A program made the translations under genes and the position numbers. From Vicinamibacterales bacterium (lineage in GTDB: Bacteria > Acidobacteriota > Vicinamibacteria > Vicinamibacterales > Fen-181), in NCBI GenBank assembly GCA_041947015.1, contig JBHGBL010000003.1, positions 76,148 through 140,147 of the forward strand: a DNA stretch of 64,000 bases, given 5' to 3'. Below are positions 1 to 9,673 of this stretch, in pieces. Positions within the stretch are counted from its first letter, which is position 1, and every line of letters starts with the position of its first letter. A model generated the notes under the pieces. That model ran no database searches, was not told the DNA's origin, and was given only the letters and a program-made list of their open reading frames with translations.

Positions 1-404
1 ACCCCCCCTACCTTCTTCGCGGAATAAGCGGGAGGTTCCTGCATCTGGACACCTACGAACGACCTGAGGGCTTCTGCGACGGCGCCGGGCGATGGCAGCG
101 AAACCGGCCTCTCGCGAGCGCCAGCCTCCGCCACCGGCTTGCCCGTTGCGTCGTCCGTGTCGGTGGAGCAGCCGAGCTTTATGACGGCCCGATATTCCTT
201 CTCGCCGGCGGACAGGAAACGTGCTAGCCGCGTAGCGCGGCCGATGACCAGCGGCAAGACGCCGGTTGCCATGGGGTCGAGGGTACCGGTGTGCCCGATT
301 CGGCTGGTACCGAGCGTCCTCCGCAGGCGGGCGACGACATCGTGCGAGGTAGGGCCGGAGGGCTTGTCGACCACGAGGACGCCATCGAGTGCGTAGGAGG
401 TCAT
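1..404 (-). CDS. truB: tRNA pseudouridine(55) synthase TruB, N-terminal part (gene runs off the window 5' edge)
   Basis: Hand-translated minus strand from the ATG at 404..402: MTSYALDGVLVVDKPSGPTSHDVVARLRRTLGTSRIGHTGTLDPMATGVLPLVIGRATR...QEPPAYSAKKVGG. These are the TruB signature motifs. The start overlaps the nrnA stop (ATGA). Not in the ORF track because the ORF is truncated. Confidence 0.85.
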   Translation of the reverse strand, partial: MTSYALDGVLVVDKPSGPTSHDVVARLRRTLGTSRIGHTGTLDPMATGVLPLVIGRATRLARFLSAGEKEYRAVIKLGCSTDTDDATGKPVAEAGARERPVSLPSPGAVAEALRSFVGVQMQEPPAYSAKKVGG

Positions 405-1447
405 GCGAGACGGGGCCACTCGGGGACGGCTTCGACCCCTGCGCACCCCTCGTTCGGGTTGGGCTCGTCGATCGCGCGTATCACCCTTGGAATGACGAGC
501 CGCCTCGCCTCTTCGTAGGGAGCACGGACCGTGCAGCCGGACGCGTTCTTGTGCCCGCCGCCCCCGAATTCCCTCGCGACCCGGCAGACGTCGATGTCGC
601 CTTTCGAGCGCATGCTCACGCGGTAGGTGCCGTCCTCCCATTCTTTGAAGAAGACGACGGCCTGGATTTCCGGAACGGTCAGAGGGAGGTTTATGAGGCC
701 CTCGGTGTCATCGTACGTGCCGCCCGACGACCGCGCCATCTCGCGGTCGACGTGTATCACCGCCAGCCTGCCCGAAGGATCGATCTCGATCGAGTTGAGG
801 ACCGCTCCGAAGAGGCGTAGCCGGCCGACATTGTTGCTGTCGAACACCGTGCGCGCGATCGCGACCGGGTCTACGCCGGCTTCCAGCGCCTCCCTACATA
901 TGTCGAAGGTGCGGGGCGAGATGGTCGAGTAGTGGAATGAGCCAGTATCGGTGAGGATCGCGACGTAGATGTGCGTCGCGATCTCCAGCGAAACGGACAC
1001 GCCGAGCGCCTTTATGACCGCGTAGACCATCTCCCCGCATGCAGCCGCGGTGCCGTCGAACCAGTTGAGGGCCCCGTAGCGCGAGTTGCCCGGGTGGTGG
1101 TCGATGTTGATGATGTAATAGCGGTCGATACCGGCAATGCCTGTCCGGTCGAGGTCGCCGCACTCCATGACGATCGCGGCATCGAACGGCCCTTCGACCC
1201 GGTCGCCGATCTCGATCCGGGACACACCGGGGAACAGCTTCAGCCCGGCCGGGGCCGGGTCGCGGTTCACGACGCGCACTTCCTTGCCGAGCGCCTCGAG
1301 GGCGTAGGCCATCGCCATTTGCGACCCGATCGAGTCGCCATCCGGCCGGACGTGCGAGGTGATCAGGAAGCGCTGGCGGCGTTCGATCTCGAGCCGGATG
1401 CGTCCGACTATCTCGCGGTCAGCCGCCGTCTCGGTCTTGGTTGCCAT
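401..1447 (-). CDS. nrnA: DHH/DHHA1 phosphoesterase, NrnA-type bifunctional oligoribonuclease/pAp phosphatase
   Basis: 348-aa ORF with DHH-family motifs (SHVRPDGDSIGS, NIDHHPGN, GGGH near the C-terminus). It sits in the conserved position between rbfA and truB. Confidence 0.8.
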   Translation of the reverse strand: MATKTETAADREIVGRIRLEIERRQRFLITSHVRPDGDSIGSQMAMAYALEALGKEVRVVNRDPAPAGLKLFPGVSRIEIGDRVEGPFDAAIVMECGDLDRTGIAGIDRYYIINIDHHPGNSRYGALNWFDGTAAACGEMVYAVIKALGVSVSLEIATHIYVAILTDTGSFHYSTISPRTFDICREALEAGVDPVAIARTVFDSNNVGRLRLFGAVLNSIEIDPSGRLAVIHVDREMARSSGGTYDDTEGLINLPLTVPEIQAVVFFKEWEDGTYRVSMRSKGDIDVCRVAREFGGGGHKNASGCTVRAPYEEARRLVIPRVIRAIDEPNPNEGCAGVEAVPEWPRLA

Positions 1448-1823
1448 TCGCGCCCCCGGGAGCGGCCTCCTCGGCCGACTGCTGGTGTATCTCCGCGATC
1501 AGCCGCTCCACCCGCTCGAGTCGCTCGACCGACTCGTCGAAGAGGAACTCGATCTCCGGCACTCGTCGCAGCCTCAGCCGGCTTCCGATCTGCCGCCTGA
1601 GGTACGGAGCCGCGCGCTCCAGGGCACGCGCGGACGCTCGGCGGGCGGCCTGGTCGCCTAGCGCCGTGTAGAAGACGCGCGCGATCTGGAGGTCTGCCGT
1701 CACCTTCACGCGCGTGAGGGTCACGAAGCCCAGCCCGGGGTCTCTTACCCCGTGGGCGAGCAGGTCGGCCATCTCCGCCCGTATGCTGTCGGCGACGCGA
1801 TCCGGACGAAACCCTTGAGCCAT
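1419..1823 (-). CDS. rbfA: ribosome-binding factor A
   Basis: The internal Met (MAQGFRPDRVADSIRAEMADLLAHGVRDPGLGFVTLTRVKVTADLQIARVFY) matches the RbfA family. The track ORF (1419..1958) is an N-terminal run-through, so the start was re-set to the ATG at 1823. It lies downstream of infB and DUF503. Confidence 0.8.
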   Translation of the reverse strand: MAQGFRPDRVADSIRAEMADLLAHGVRDPGLGFVTLTRVKVTADLQIARVFYTALGDQAARRASARALERAAPYLRRQIGSRLRLRRVPEIEFLFDESVERLERVERLIAEIHQQSAEEAAPGGANGNQDRDGG

Positions 1824-1854
1824 TGTTCTGAGAGGACCGCTCCGCGGCGGCCCT

Positions 1855-2136
1855 TCAAGCGAGGAACTCCACCTCCGACCGGGCGATGAGGCCGGGTTCC
1901 ACCCGTTCGATCTCCGCTTGGACCGCCGCGAGCTCGCGATCCGCCTGGGTTCGAGCACTGCTCACGACGGCGACACCCAACACGGCGCGCTGCCAGAGGT
2001 CCTGGTGCTCGACCTCAGCGACCGAAACATTGAACTTCCTGAGCCTCTCCTTGACGCCTCGGAGGACCATCCGCTTGTCCTTCAGCGAGCGGGACTGCGG
2101 CAGGTAGAGTTCCAACGACAAGAGACCGACTACCAT
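1855..2136 (-). CDS. DUF503 family protein (YlxP-like)
   Basis: 93-aa ORF (LELYLPQSRSLKDKR...) in the canonical slot between infB and rbfA. Confidence 0.7.
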   Translation of the reverse strand: MVVGLLSLELYLPQSRSLKDKRMVLRGVKERLRKFNVSVAEVEHQDLWQRAVLGVAVVSSARTQADRELAAVQAEIERVEPGLIARSEVEFLA

Positions 2137-2139
2137 TTC

Positions 2140-5127
2140 CTACGCCGGCTGCGCGACGCGCTCGATCGTGAAGACCTCGATGAGGTCCCCTACCTTGACG
2201 TCGTTGAACCGCTCGAGGCCGATGCCGCACTCAAAGCCTGCCTTCACTTCGGCGACGTCGTCCTTGAACCGCTTGAGCGAGGCGATCTTGCCCTCGAAGA
2301 CGACGACATGATCGCGGAGTAGGCGCGCCTGCGCGTCGCCCGATCGGGTGATGCGGCCGTCGGTCACCATGCAGCCCGCGACCGTGCCGAACTTCGGAAC
2401 CTTGAAGATGTTGCGGACTTCGGCGACCCCCAGGCGAGTTTCCTTGAGGGTGGGCTCGAGCAGGCCGGCCACCGCCTTCTTCATCTCGTCGATGACGTTG
2501 TAGATGACCGTGTGGAGCCTGATGTCCACGCGCTCGCGCTCTGCAACCTCCGTCGCGTTGCGGTCGGGTCGGACGTCGAAGCCGATGATGATCGCGTTCG
2601 AGGCCGACGCCAGCAGCACATCGGACTCGTTTATCGCCCCGACACCCGCGTGGATGATGCGAAGCTTGACCTTCTCGTCGGAAAGCTTCGTCAGGGTATC
2701 GGCGAGGACTTCCGCCGAGCCTTGGACGTCTGCCTTGATGATGATGGGCAGCTCCCGCACTTCTCCGTCGGCGATCTGCTGCTGCAGCGACTCGAGCGTG
2801 AGGCGCGAGGTCCGCGCCCCTCCCGTCTTCTCCTTGGCCTGGGCCTGTCGGAACATAGCGACCTGCCTGGCCTTCGCCGGATCCGTTATCGTCTGGAACG
2901 CGTCTCCCGGCTGAGGCAGCGCGGAGAGGCCTAGAACCTCGACTGGCATCGACGGGCCGGCCTGCTTGACGTGGCGGCCACGATCGTCGATCAAGGCTCG
3001 CACCTTGCCGACGACGGAGCCGGCGATGACCGCATCTCCAACGTGAAGCGTGCCGTCCTGGACCAGCACGGTGGCCACCGGTCCGCGGCCCTTGTCCAGT
3101 TTGGCTTCGAGGACGGTACCGAGCGCGCTACGCTTCGGGTTCGCCTTGAGCTCCCCGATGTCGGTGACGAGCAGCAGCATTTCGAGCAACAGGTCGAGAT
3201 TCTGCCGCTTCTTCGCCGAGACCTCGACCATGACCGTCTGGCCGCCCCACGCCTCGGGGACGAGGCCGAGGTCCGCCAGCTCTCGCTTGACGCGCTCGGG
3301 GTTCGCGTCGGGCTTGTCTATCTTGTTTATGGCGACGACTATCGGGACGCCCGCAGCCTTCGCGTGGTCGATCGCTTCGCGCGTCTGGGGCATCACGCCG
3401 TCGTCGGCCGCCACGACGAGGATGACGATGTCTGTGACGCGGGCGCCGCGGGCCCGCATCATGGTGAACGCCTCGTGGCCTGGTGTGTCGAGGAAGACCA
3501 CGCTGCGGTTGTTCACCCTGACGTGGTAGGCGCCGATGTGCTGTGTGATCCCGCCAGCCTCGCGCTCGGCAACTCGGGTTTCGCGGATCGCGTCGAGGAG
3601 CGTCGTCTTGCCATGATCGACGTGCCCCATGACGGTAACGACCGGAGCGCGGCTTTCTACGTCCTCGGGCCTCAGGTCTCCCGCGTCCACCTGCAGCAAC
3701 TCTTCTTCGAAGCTACGCATCTGGACGTCGGCGCCGAACTCCCTCGCCACCGACACCGCCGTCTCGCTGTCGAGGGTCGTGTTGATGGTGACCATGATCC
3801 GCCGGTCGAGCAGTTTCTTGAGCACGTCCTTCGCGCGGACATCGAGCTTGTCAGCCAGGTCCTTGACGGTCATCCCTTCCGCCAACGTTATGGTGCGAGT
3901 GATGGGAGGCGGCGCCACGGCAACCGCTGCCGCCGGAGCGCGGGAGTCTCGCCGCGCCTGCTGCTGATCGCGCCGCGGGGCCGGTCCTGTTCTGGCGGGG
4001 GGAATGGCTGCGGCCGGCCGCGCCGCCCCTGGTGCAGGGCGGCCGGTGGCAGGGGTCGGCTGAGTCCGGACGGGCTGCGACGGTAGTGGCCGTGGACCTC
4101 CCGCCGGAGCTCGCGGGGGTACGGGTGGTCGCAGAACTGCCTGGGTCGCTTCGGCCCGGCGAGCCGCGGGAACGGCGGCGGGCGGCCGCGACACGCGGGC
4201 GGGCCGCGTTGCCGGGCCGGGAGCTTCCGTTGCCGCCGGACGTGCTGCCGCCGCTATCGCCTGCCGTTCCATCGGGGCCGCCTTGCCCGCGTCAGGCGCA
4301 GGAGCGGGTGGCCGCGGCTGCGGCATGGCCACGCGCGGCTGCAGGGGCGGCGGGGCGGCCGGTTTGGTCTCCTCGACGCGTAGCCTCAGCTGCGGGGGGA
4401 CCACCCTCCCAGGCGGCGGCATCACTGGACGCGGCGGTGGCGCAACAGGCTTTTCTGGAACTGGCGCCGGCACCTGTTCGCGAGCCGGCTCTTCGCCTGG
4501 AGGCGCCGGCTGCGCGACCTCTTTCGGCTCAGGTGCCTCAGAGATCTCCGCCGGGGCGGGGGGCTCGGCCGCCGGTTGGGGTGTCTCCATCAGCGCAGGA
4601 GTCGCAGTCGCAGGCGCGGGAGCTACGGGCTTGCTCACAGGCTCCGGAGGCGGTTCCTGGAGCGGCTCTTCGATGATGGCTGGCTTTTCATCAACCGGCT
4701 TTTCCGCTCCTCGCGCCGGCGTTGCAACCTCGACAGGATGGGCAGCAGGAGGCCCTTCGACCCCCTCAGGCTTGTGCGGTGCTTCAGCCTCGGGTGGTGC
4801 GGCCGGCTTGGGCGCGAGCGACTTGGCGGTCTTGACGAGACGCGGCGGAGGAAGCGTCGAAATCGGTTTTGGCGGCTCCGCCTTCCTCGCCGGAACGCCC
4901 TTGCGTCCCTTGTGCCCGGCGGGCGTCTCGGCGAACATGTCCCCGCCAGGGAGAGCGATGTTGCGCTGTCTCGCCAGTCTCTCGACGAACTGGCGCGCCA
5001 CGACTTCTTCGATCGTGCTCGACGCGCTGCGGACCTCGATGCCGTGGTCGCGCTTCAGCAGTGCAACCACCTCCTGGCTGGTCGTGCCTAGCAACTCCGC
5101 TACCTTGTATATCCGGACAGTAGCCAA
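2140..5127 (-). CDS. infB: translation initiation factor IF-2
   Basis: 995 aa. It has an N-terminal MATVRIYKVAELLG helix-turn-helix, a very long Pro/Ala-rich linker, a GTPase domain (GHVDHGKTTLLD, DTPGH, NKID) and a C-terminal beta-barrel domain. It is flanked by nusA and rbfA. Confidence 0.95.
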   Translation of the reverse strand: MATVRIYKVAELLGTTSQEVVALLKRDHGIEVRSASSTIEEVVARQFVERLARQRNIALPGGDMFAETPAGHKGRKGVPARKAEPPKPISTLPPPRLVKTAKSLAPKPAAPPEAEAPHKPEGVEGPPAAHPVEVATPARGAEKPVDEKPAIIEEPLQEPPPEPVSKPVAPAPATATPALMETPQPAAEPPAPAEISEAPEPKEVAQPAPPGEEPAREQVPAPVPEKPVAPPPRPVMPPPGRVVPPQLRLRVEETKPAAPPPLQPRVAMPQPRPPAPAPDAGKAAPMERQAIAAAARPAATEAPGPATRPARVSRPPAAVPAARRAEATQAVLRPPVPPRAPAGGPRPLPSQPVRTQPTPATGRPAPGAARPAAAIPPARTGPAPRRDQQQARRDSRAPAAAVAVAPPPITRTITLAEGMTVKDLADKLDVRAKDVLKKLLDRRIMVTINTTLDSETAVSVAREFGADVQMRSFEEELLQVDAGDLRPEDVESRAPVVTVMGHVDHGKTTLLDAIRETRVAEREAGGITQHIGAYHVRVNNRSVVFLDTPGHEAFTMMRARGARVTDIVILVVAADDGVMPQTREAIDHAKAAGVPIVVAINKIDKPDANPERVKRELADLGLVPEAWGGQTVMVEVSAKKRQNLDLLLEMLLLVTDIGELKANPKRSALGTVLEAKLDKGRGPVATVLVQDGTLHVGDAVIAGSVVGKVRALIDDRGRHVKQAGPSMPVEVLGLSALPQPGDAFQTITDPAKARQVAMFRQAQAKEKTGGARTSRLTLESLQQQIADGEVRELPIIIKADVQGSAEVLADTLTKLSDEKVKLRIIHAGVGAINESDVLLASASNAIIIGFDVRPDRNATEVAERERVDIRLHTVIYNVIDEMKKAVAGLLEPTLKETRLGVAEVRNIFKVPKFGTVAGCMVTDGRITRSGDAQARLLRDHVVVFEGKIASLKRFKDDVAEVKAGFECGIGLERFNDVKVGDLIEVFTIERVAQPA

Positions 5128-5195
5128 CGCTCACCTCTGACTGCTTGCTGCCCTGAGCGAGGGCTGCCAATCCGCCCACTCGACAGCGCGCCCTC

Positions 5196-6611
5196 TCAAC
5201 CCTTTGCCTCCACCGGCAGGTCGCCGGCAGGCGCACGGTCCTGTCCGCTTCCAGTTCCGCCTCCGCGCGGCTTGTCCTCTCCGCCCCCCCCGGAAGCTCC
5301 AGCGCCGGTTGGAGCCGAAGCTTCGGGCGTTGTGGCCGACTTGCGCGCGGCCCCGAGCACCCTTTCCGCGTTCTCCTCGTCCAGCCCAGCCTCGACGAGC
5401 TGCTCCACCGTCGCGGTTGCCAGCGATTCGAGCGTCGTGAAGCCGGCCTCGACCAGCCGCTCCCTGGTGGCTTCGTCGAAGTCCGAGATCGATCGCGGAC
5501 CCAGGTAGCTCTCCTCGGCTCCCTCGGCGACAGGCGGTGCTTCGAGGCCTTCGAACTGCGCTTCGACCTCCCGGCGCTTTTCCTCTTCGCTCTTGATATC
5601 GATCCGCCACCCCGTCAGCTTGGCGGCCAGCCGCACGTTCTGACCCTTCTTCCCGATCGCCAGCGACAGCTGCTTGTCCTCGACGATCACCTCCATGACG
5701 CGCTCGGCATCATCCACGATAGACACGCGCTGCACCTTTGCGGGGCTCAACGCGTTGGTCACGAAGCTGATCGGGTCCTCCGACCACTCGACGATGTCTA
5801 TCTTCTCTCCGCGCAGCTCCCGGATAATCGACTGGACACGGGTCCCCTTCATCCCGACGCAGGCCCCGACGGGGTCGATGTCGCGCTCGCGCGAGTAGAC
5901 TGCCACCTTCGCGCGGTCGCCGGCTTCCCGCACCGCACCCTTGACGATCACGGTCCCGTCGTAGATCTCCGGAACTTCCTGCTCGAACAGCTTGATGAGG
6001 AGGGCGGGATCCGTACGCGACAGGACAATCTGCGGGCCCTTGGCGCTCCTGTTGACGGCCTTGATAACGGACCGTACCCGATCGCCTGGCGAGTAGCTCT
6101 CTGCCCGCGATTGCTCCTTCCTCGGGAGGACGGCTTCTATCCGGCCGATCTCGATGATGATATCGCCGTTCTCGAACCTCTTGACCGAGCCGTTGACGAC
6201 CTCGCCCACCCGCTGGTTGTACTCTACGAAGACGTTCTCGCGCTCCGCCTCGCGCACCTTCTGGAAGATCACCTGCTTGGCCGTCTGCGCGGCGATCCGC
6301 CCGAGGACCTCGGTCGACTTGGGGAACTCGATCTCCATGTCCACCTCGGCCTCGTCACCGTAGAGTGCCTGCGCCTCGGCGAGCGAGATCTCGGTGGCGG
6401 GATCCGACACGGTCTCGACGATGTGCTTGACGGCGTACAGCTCCACCTGCCCGGTCTCCGTGTTGAACCGGGTCCTCAGGTTCTCGCTCGTCTTGTAGTA
6501 CTTCTTCGATGCCGTCAGGACCGCGTCTTCGATCGCCTGGATGATGACTTCCGGCTCGATCCCCTTCTCCTTGGCCAGCGCCTCTATCGTCTGCTGCAGT
6601 GGGTTGTTCAT
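5196..6611 (-). CDS. nusA: transcription termination/antitermination factor NusA
   Basis: 471 aa with an N-terminal domain, S1 and KH domains (GACVGMKGTRVQSI) and a C-terminal acidic repeat extension. It lies upstream of infB. Confidence 0.95.
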   Translation of the reverse strand: MNNPLQQTIEALAKEKGIEPEVIIQAIEDAVLTASKKYYKTSENLRTRFNTETGQVELYAVKHIVETVSDPATEISLAEAQALYGDEAEVDMEIEFPKSTEVLGRIAAQTAKQVIFQKVREAERENVFVEYNQRVGEVVNGSVKRFENGDIIIEIGRIEAVLPRKEQSRAESYSPGDRVRSVIKAVNRSAKGPQIVLSRTDPALLIKLFEQEVPEIYDGTVIVKGAVREAGDRAKVAVYSRERDIDPVGACVGMKGTRVQSIIRELRGEKIDIVEWSEDPISFVTNALSPAKVQRVSIVDDAERVMEVIVEDKQLSLAIGKKGQNVRLAAKLTGWRIDIKSEEEKRREVEAQFEGLEAPPVAEGAEESYLGPRSISDFDEATRERLVEAGFTTLESLATATVEQLVEAGLDEENAERVLGAARKSATTPEASAPTGAGASGGGGEDKPRGGGTGSGQDRAPAGDLPVEAKG

Positions 6612-6615
6612 GTTT

Positions 6616-7149
6616 TCAGAACTCGACTTCCAGGCGCGCCCGCTTTATGGCTGAGAGCGGCACCATGTGCCGCCTGCCGTGCTCCTCCTCGATGACCACC
6701 GACTCCGCCTCGAGTCCTCGAATCCGCCCCTTGAAGTGTCTCTGCCCATCTACCGTCTCGGCGAGCACCAGTTTCGCCAGGCGCCCGCGAAAACGGTCGT
6801 AATCCCCTGCATGCCTGAGCGGCCTGTCGAGGCCCGGAGAAGATACCTCCAGAACGTAAGCCCCGTCGATCGGGTCCTCGACGTCGAGTATCGCACCGAC
6901 CTCTTGGCTGACGCGCTGGCAGTCCTCGATCCCGATAGGTTCTTCCGGCCCCACCGGGCCGGTCGCGCCTTGCGCCCCGCTCGTCCCGTCCCGGCTTGCC
7001 GCCGGTGCCGGCCTGTCTATGACGACCCGCAATACCGGGCCTATCGCTTCGCGCCGGAGATGGACGTCGAAAACCTCCAGCCCCCGAGACCTCGCGACGC
7101 GCTCCGCGATGGCGCGGACCCGTTGCATCCGCTCGTTCGTTTCTTCCAC
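6616..7149 (-). CDS. rimP: ribosome maturation factor RimP
   Basis: Has VSSPGLDRPL and the RimP/YlxS fold signature and lies immediately upstream of nusA. The track start is GTG; an alternative ATG (MQRVRA) sits about 21 nt downstream at 7128. Confidence 0.8.
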   Translation of the reverse strand: MEETNERMQRVRAIAERVARSRGLEVFDVHLRREAIGPVLRVVIDRPAPAASRDGTSGAQGATGPVGPEEPIGIEDCQRVSQEVGAILDVEDPIDGAYVLEVSSPGLDRPLRHAGDYDRFRGRLAKLVLAETVDGQRHFKGRIRGLEAESVVIEEEHGRRHMVPLSAIKRARLEVEF

Positions 7150-7290
7150 TTCCGCCCCCGGCTCCTCCGCGCCTGCCGGCCTTCAAAGCGGGCAGCAGAA
7201 GCGGCGAGTCCCGCGGCTACCCCACAAACGAAAAAAGTGGGCACCGGCCCACTTCGCATGTCAGCCCAGACACCGAAGCACTCCAGTATA

Positions 7291-8757
7291 TCACAGGGTC
7301 GAGTCATTCGATTCGTGGAGCGACCTCTCGCCAGGTTGCGCCGCCGCCCGCGCCACCAGGTCGTAGCCGCGGGCTCCGGCTATCACGCCCCTGACCACGT
7401 CCCCCCCGCGCAGGGCCGCCGGATCGACGCCGTCCAGGTACACCACCGGGTCGATTTCCGGGGCCTGACCCTCGAGCCGCCCCTGGATAACCAATGGGTG
7501 CTCTGCTGACGGGCCGTCTACCATCACCTCGACGGCCTCGCCGATCCGCCTGCGGTGCGCATCGCGGACGATGCGCCTCTGAAGCATCATCAGCCGGCGC
7601 TCTCGCCCCCGCTTGACCCTCTCGGGGACGTCATCGGGGAGCGAGAATGCCGGGGTCCCCTCCTCGTGCGAGTAGCGGAAGACGCCGATGTGATCGAATT
7701 CGCTCGCTTCAATGAAGCGCTCGAGCTCGTCGACGTCCTCTTCTGTTTCCCCCGGGAATCCGACGATGAATGTGGTCCTGAGGGCGACGCCCGGGACCAG
7801 GCGCCTGATCCTGGCAAGCAGCCTCTCGTAGGAACGTCTGGTCCCCGGCCGCCCCATCCTTCTCAGCACTCGGTCCGAGGCGTGCTGCAGTGGCAGATCC
7901 ACGTACTTGCAGACCTTCTCGCACGAAGCCATCGCCTCGAGCGTAGCTTCGTCCACCGTCGTTGGGTAGAAGTACATGAGCCGAATCCGCTTCAGGCCGC
8001 TGACGCCGTCGAGCTCGCGGAGCAGAGATGCGAGAGCGCCCCGCTCTCCGCGGTCGATTCCGTAAAAGGTCGTGTCCTGCGAGACGAGGATCAGCTCCTT
8101 CACCCCGTCGGCTGCAAGAGCCTCTGCTTCTGCGATGATGGAGCGGGCCGGGCGGCTGCGATACTCGCCCCTGAGCTTGGGGATTATGCAGAAGGCACAC
8201 CTGTAGTCGCAACCTTCGGCTATCTTCACGTATGCCAGGTGCGGCGGTGTCGAGCGCATCCGCGGGGTATCGGCGTCGTAGAGGTAGGTCGGCCCCGCGG
8301 GTGCCACGACGGCTCCAGCCCCCCTCGTTACTGCCGAGGCTGCATCGTGGAAGAAAGCGACTGGCTGTTCCGCGGCCATTCCTGGTCCCGGTGGAGGAGG
8401 CGTCGCGCTGACCGCCCGTACGATCTCGGGTATGGCGCCCGTCCCGACGAGCGCGTCGATCTCGGGGATCTCTTCGCGCAGCTTCTCGCGGTAGCGTTCG
8501 GCGAGGCACCCCGCGACGATCAGACGGCCGCCGACAGCGCGCTTGCGCTCCGCCATCTCGAGGATAACGTCTATCGATTCCTGCTTCGCGGAATCGATAA
8601 AGGCACAGGTGTTGACGACGACGACGTCGGCCTCGGACGGGTCCGTGGTGACCTCGTGCCCCGCTTCGCGCACGAGACCCAGCATCACCTCGGAATCGAC
8701 GAGGTTCTTGGGACAGCCGAGAGATACGAGGCCGACGCGCTTCCTGTCCACGGTCAT
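7291..8757 (-). CDS. rimO: ribosomal protein S12 methylthiotransferase RimO (radical SAM MTTase plus TRAM)
   Basis: Has an N-terminal MTTase domain (VGLVSLGCPKNLVDSE), a radical-SAM CxxxCxxC motif (GCDYRCAFC) and a C-terminal TRAM domain. Its start overlaps the upstream gene's stop (ATGA). Confidence 0.85.
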   Translation of the reverse strand: MTVDRKRVGLVSLGCPKNLVDSEVMLGLVREAGHEVTTDPSEADVVVVNTCAFIDSAKQESIDVILEMAERKRAVGGRLIVAGCLAERYREKLREEIPEIDALVGTGAIPEIVRAVSATPPPPGPGMAAEQPVAFFHDAASAVTRGAGAVVAPAGPTYLYDADTPRMRSTPPHLAYVKIAEGCDYRCAFCIIPKLRGEYRSRPARSIIAEAEALAADGVKELILVSQDTTFYGIDRGERGALASLLRELDGVSGLKRIRLMYFYPTTVDEATLEAMASCEKVCKYVDLPLQHASDRVLRRMGRPGTRRSYERLLARIRRLVPGVALRTTFIVGFPGETEEDVDELERFIEASEFDHIGVFRYSHEEGTPAFSLPDDVPERVKRGRERRLMMLQRRIVRDAHRRRIGEAVEVMVDGPSAEHPLVIQGRLEGQAPEIDPVVYLDGVDPAALRGGDVVRGVIAGARGYDLVARAAAQPGERSLHESNDSTL

Positions 8758-9593
8758 GGTTCACCCAGGATGCGCTCGAACTCGCGCCGGGCCGCGACGG
8801 CTAGCTCGAGCACGCGATTCGGATCGCCAGTGTTCGCCAGCTCGAAAAGCCAGGTTCCTTCGTAGCCCACCTTCCGCATCGAAACGAGGGCAGAGGTCCA
8901 GTCGATGGAACCCTCGAACGGCGCGAGGTGATCGTCACAGGTGCCACGATTGTCGTGGATGTGTGTCGTGATTATGTGTCCCGAGAGGTTCTCGATCGTA
9001 TCGACCAGATCACCCATCAGGTGAGCGTGGCCGAAATCAAGGCACGCGCCTGCGCCCGGCAGCTCGAGGTCGCCTTCCAGCAGCTCGACCAGGGCCGCGG
9101 GCTCCGACAGCGCGTTGTCGATGACCTCGACGGCTGTCGGGAGGCGGAGCTCCCATGAAGCGGCGCAGATCTGTTCCAGGCTCCGGCTGGCCGAAGCGCG
9201 ATCGTTCTCCCCGTGCGCGGCCTGGTCGCGTGGCCTGCCAAGGTGGACCACGAGGGCCGCAGTGGGGATCTTCCTGGCGATGTCGAGCGCGGCCAGTGTC
9301 TCCGCGACCGCCCGCTCGCGGGCCGTCTTGTCGGCGGATGCGTTCGAGAAGGCCGTCCCCCATGTGGCGCCATCGAGCCGCGAGGAGATGGGAGCATGTA
9401 TCGAGTGCAGGGTCAACCCGGTCCTGTCGAGCCACTGCTTGAGCGAGTCGATTGCCGCCGGGTCGTGGTAGTCGAAGTGGGACCGGGTGGCGAAGACCTC
9501 GATGGCTTCGAAGCCGTGTCCGGCGATCGCCTCGAGATGGCCGAGGCCGAGCCGCTGGTCGTGGTACAGATGTGTGGAGATGCCGAAGCGCAC
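8754..9593 (-). CDS. sugar phosphate isomerase/epimerase (xylose-isomerase-like TIM barrel, AP-endonuclease-2 fold)
   Basis: 279 aa. The conserved His/Asp/Glu metal-site pattern (HAPI..., HLG, FGHAHL, HIHD) is typical of the family. Confidence 0.65.
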   Translation of the reverse strand: MRFGISTHLYHDQRLGLGHLEAIAGHGFEAIEVFATRSHFDYHDPAAIDSLKQWLDRTGLTLHSIHAPISSRLDGATWGTAFSNASADKTARERAVAETLAALDIARKIPTAALVVHLGRPRDQAAHGENDRASASRSLEQICAASWELRLPTAVEVIDNALSEPAALVELLEGDLELPGAGACLDFGHAHLMGDLVDTIENLSGHIITTHIHDNRGTCDDHLAPFEGSIDWTSALVSMRKVGYEGTWLFELANTGDPNRVLELAVAARREFERILGEP

Positions 9594-9673
9594 GGTGCCT
9601 ACCTCCGGTCGAACGCCTTTGCCGATTCTCCAATTCTACGGGATCTGGCCGCGTGGACGCCTCGATGTCGAGG

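Noticed and set aside
4283-5140. 285-aa Gly/Ser/Ala-rich plus-strand ORF and neighbours (4032..4676, 4576..5091)
   Set aside because: They are antisense shadows of the infB low-complexity linker and are not independent genes.
7555-8865. 436-aa and 351-aa ORFs opposite to or overlapping rimO
   Set aside because: They are Arg-rich run-throughs in alternative frames of a well-supported rimO gene, typical of high GC.
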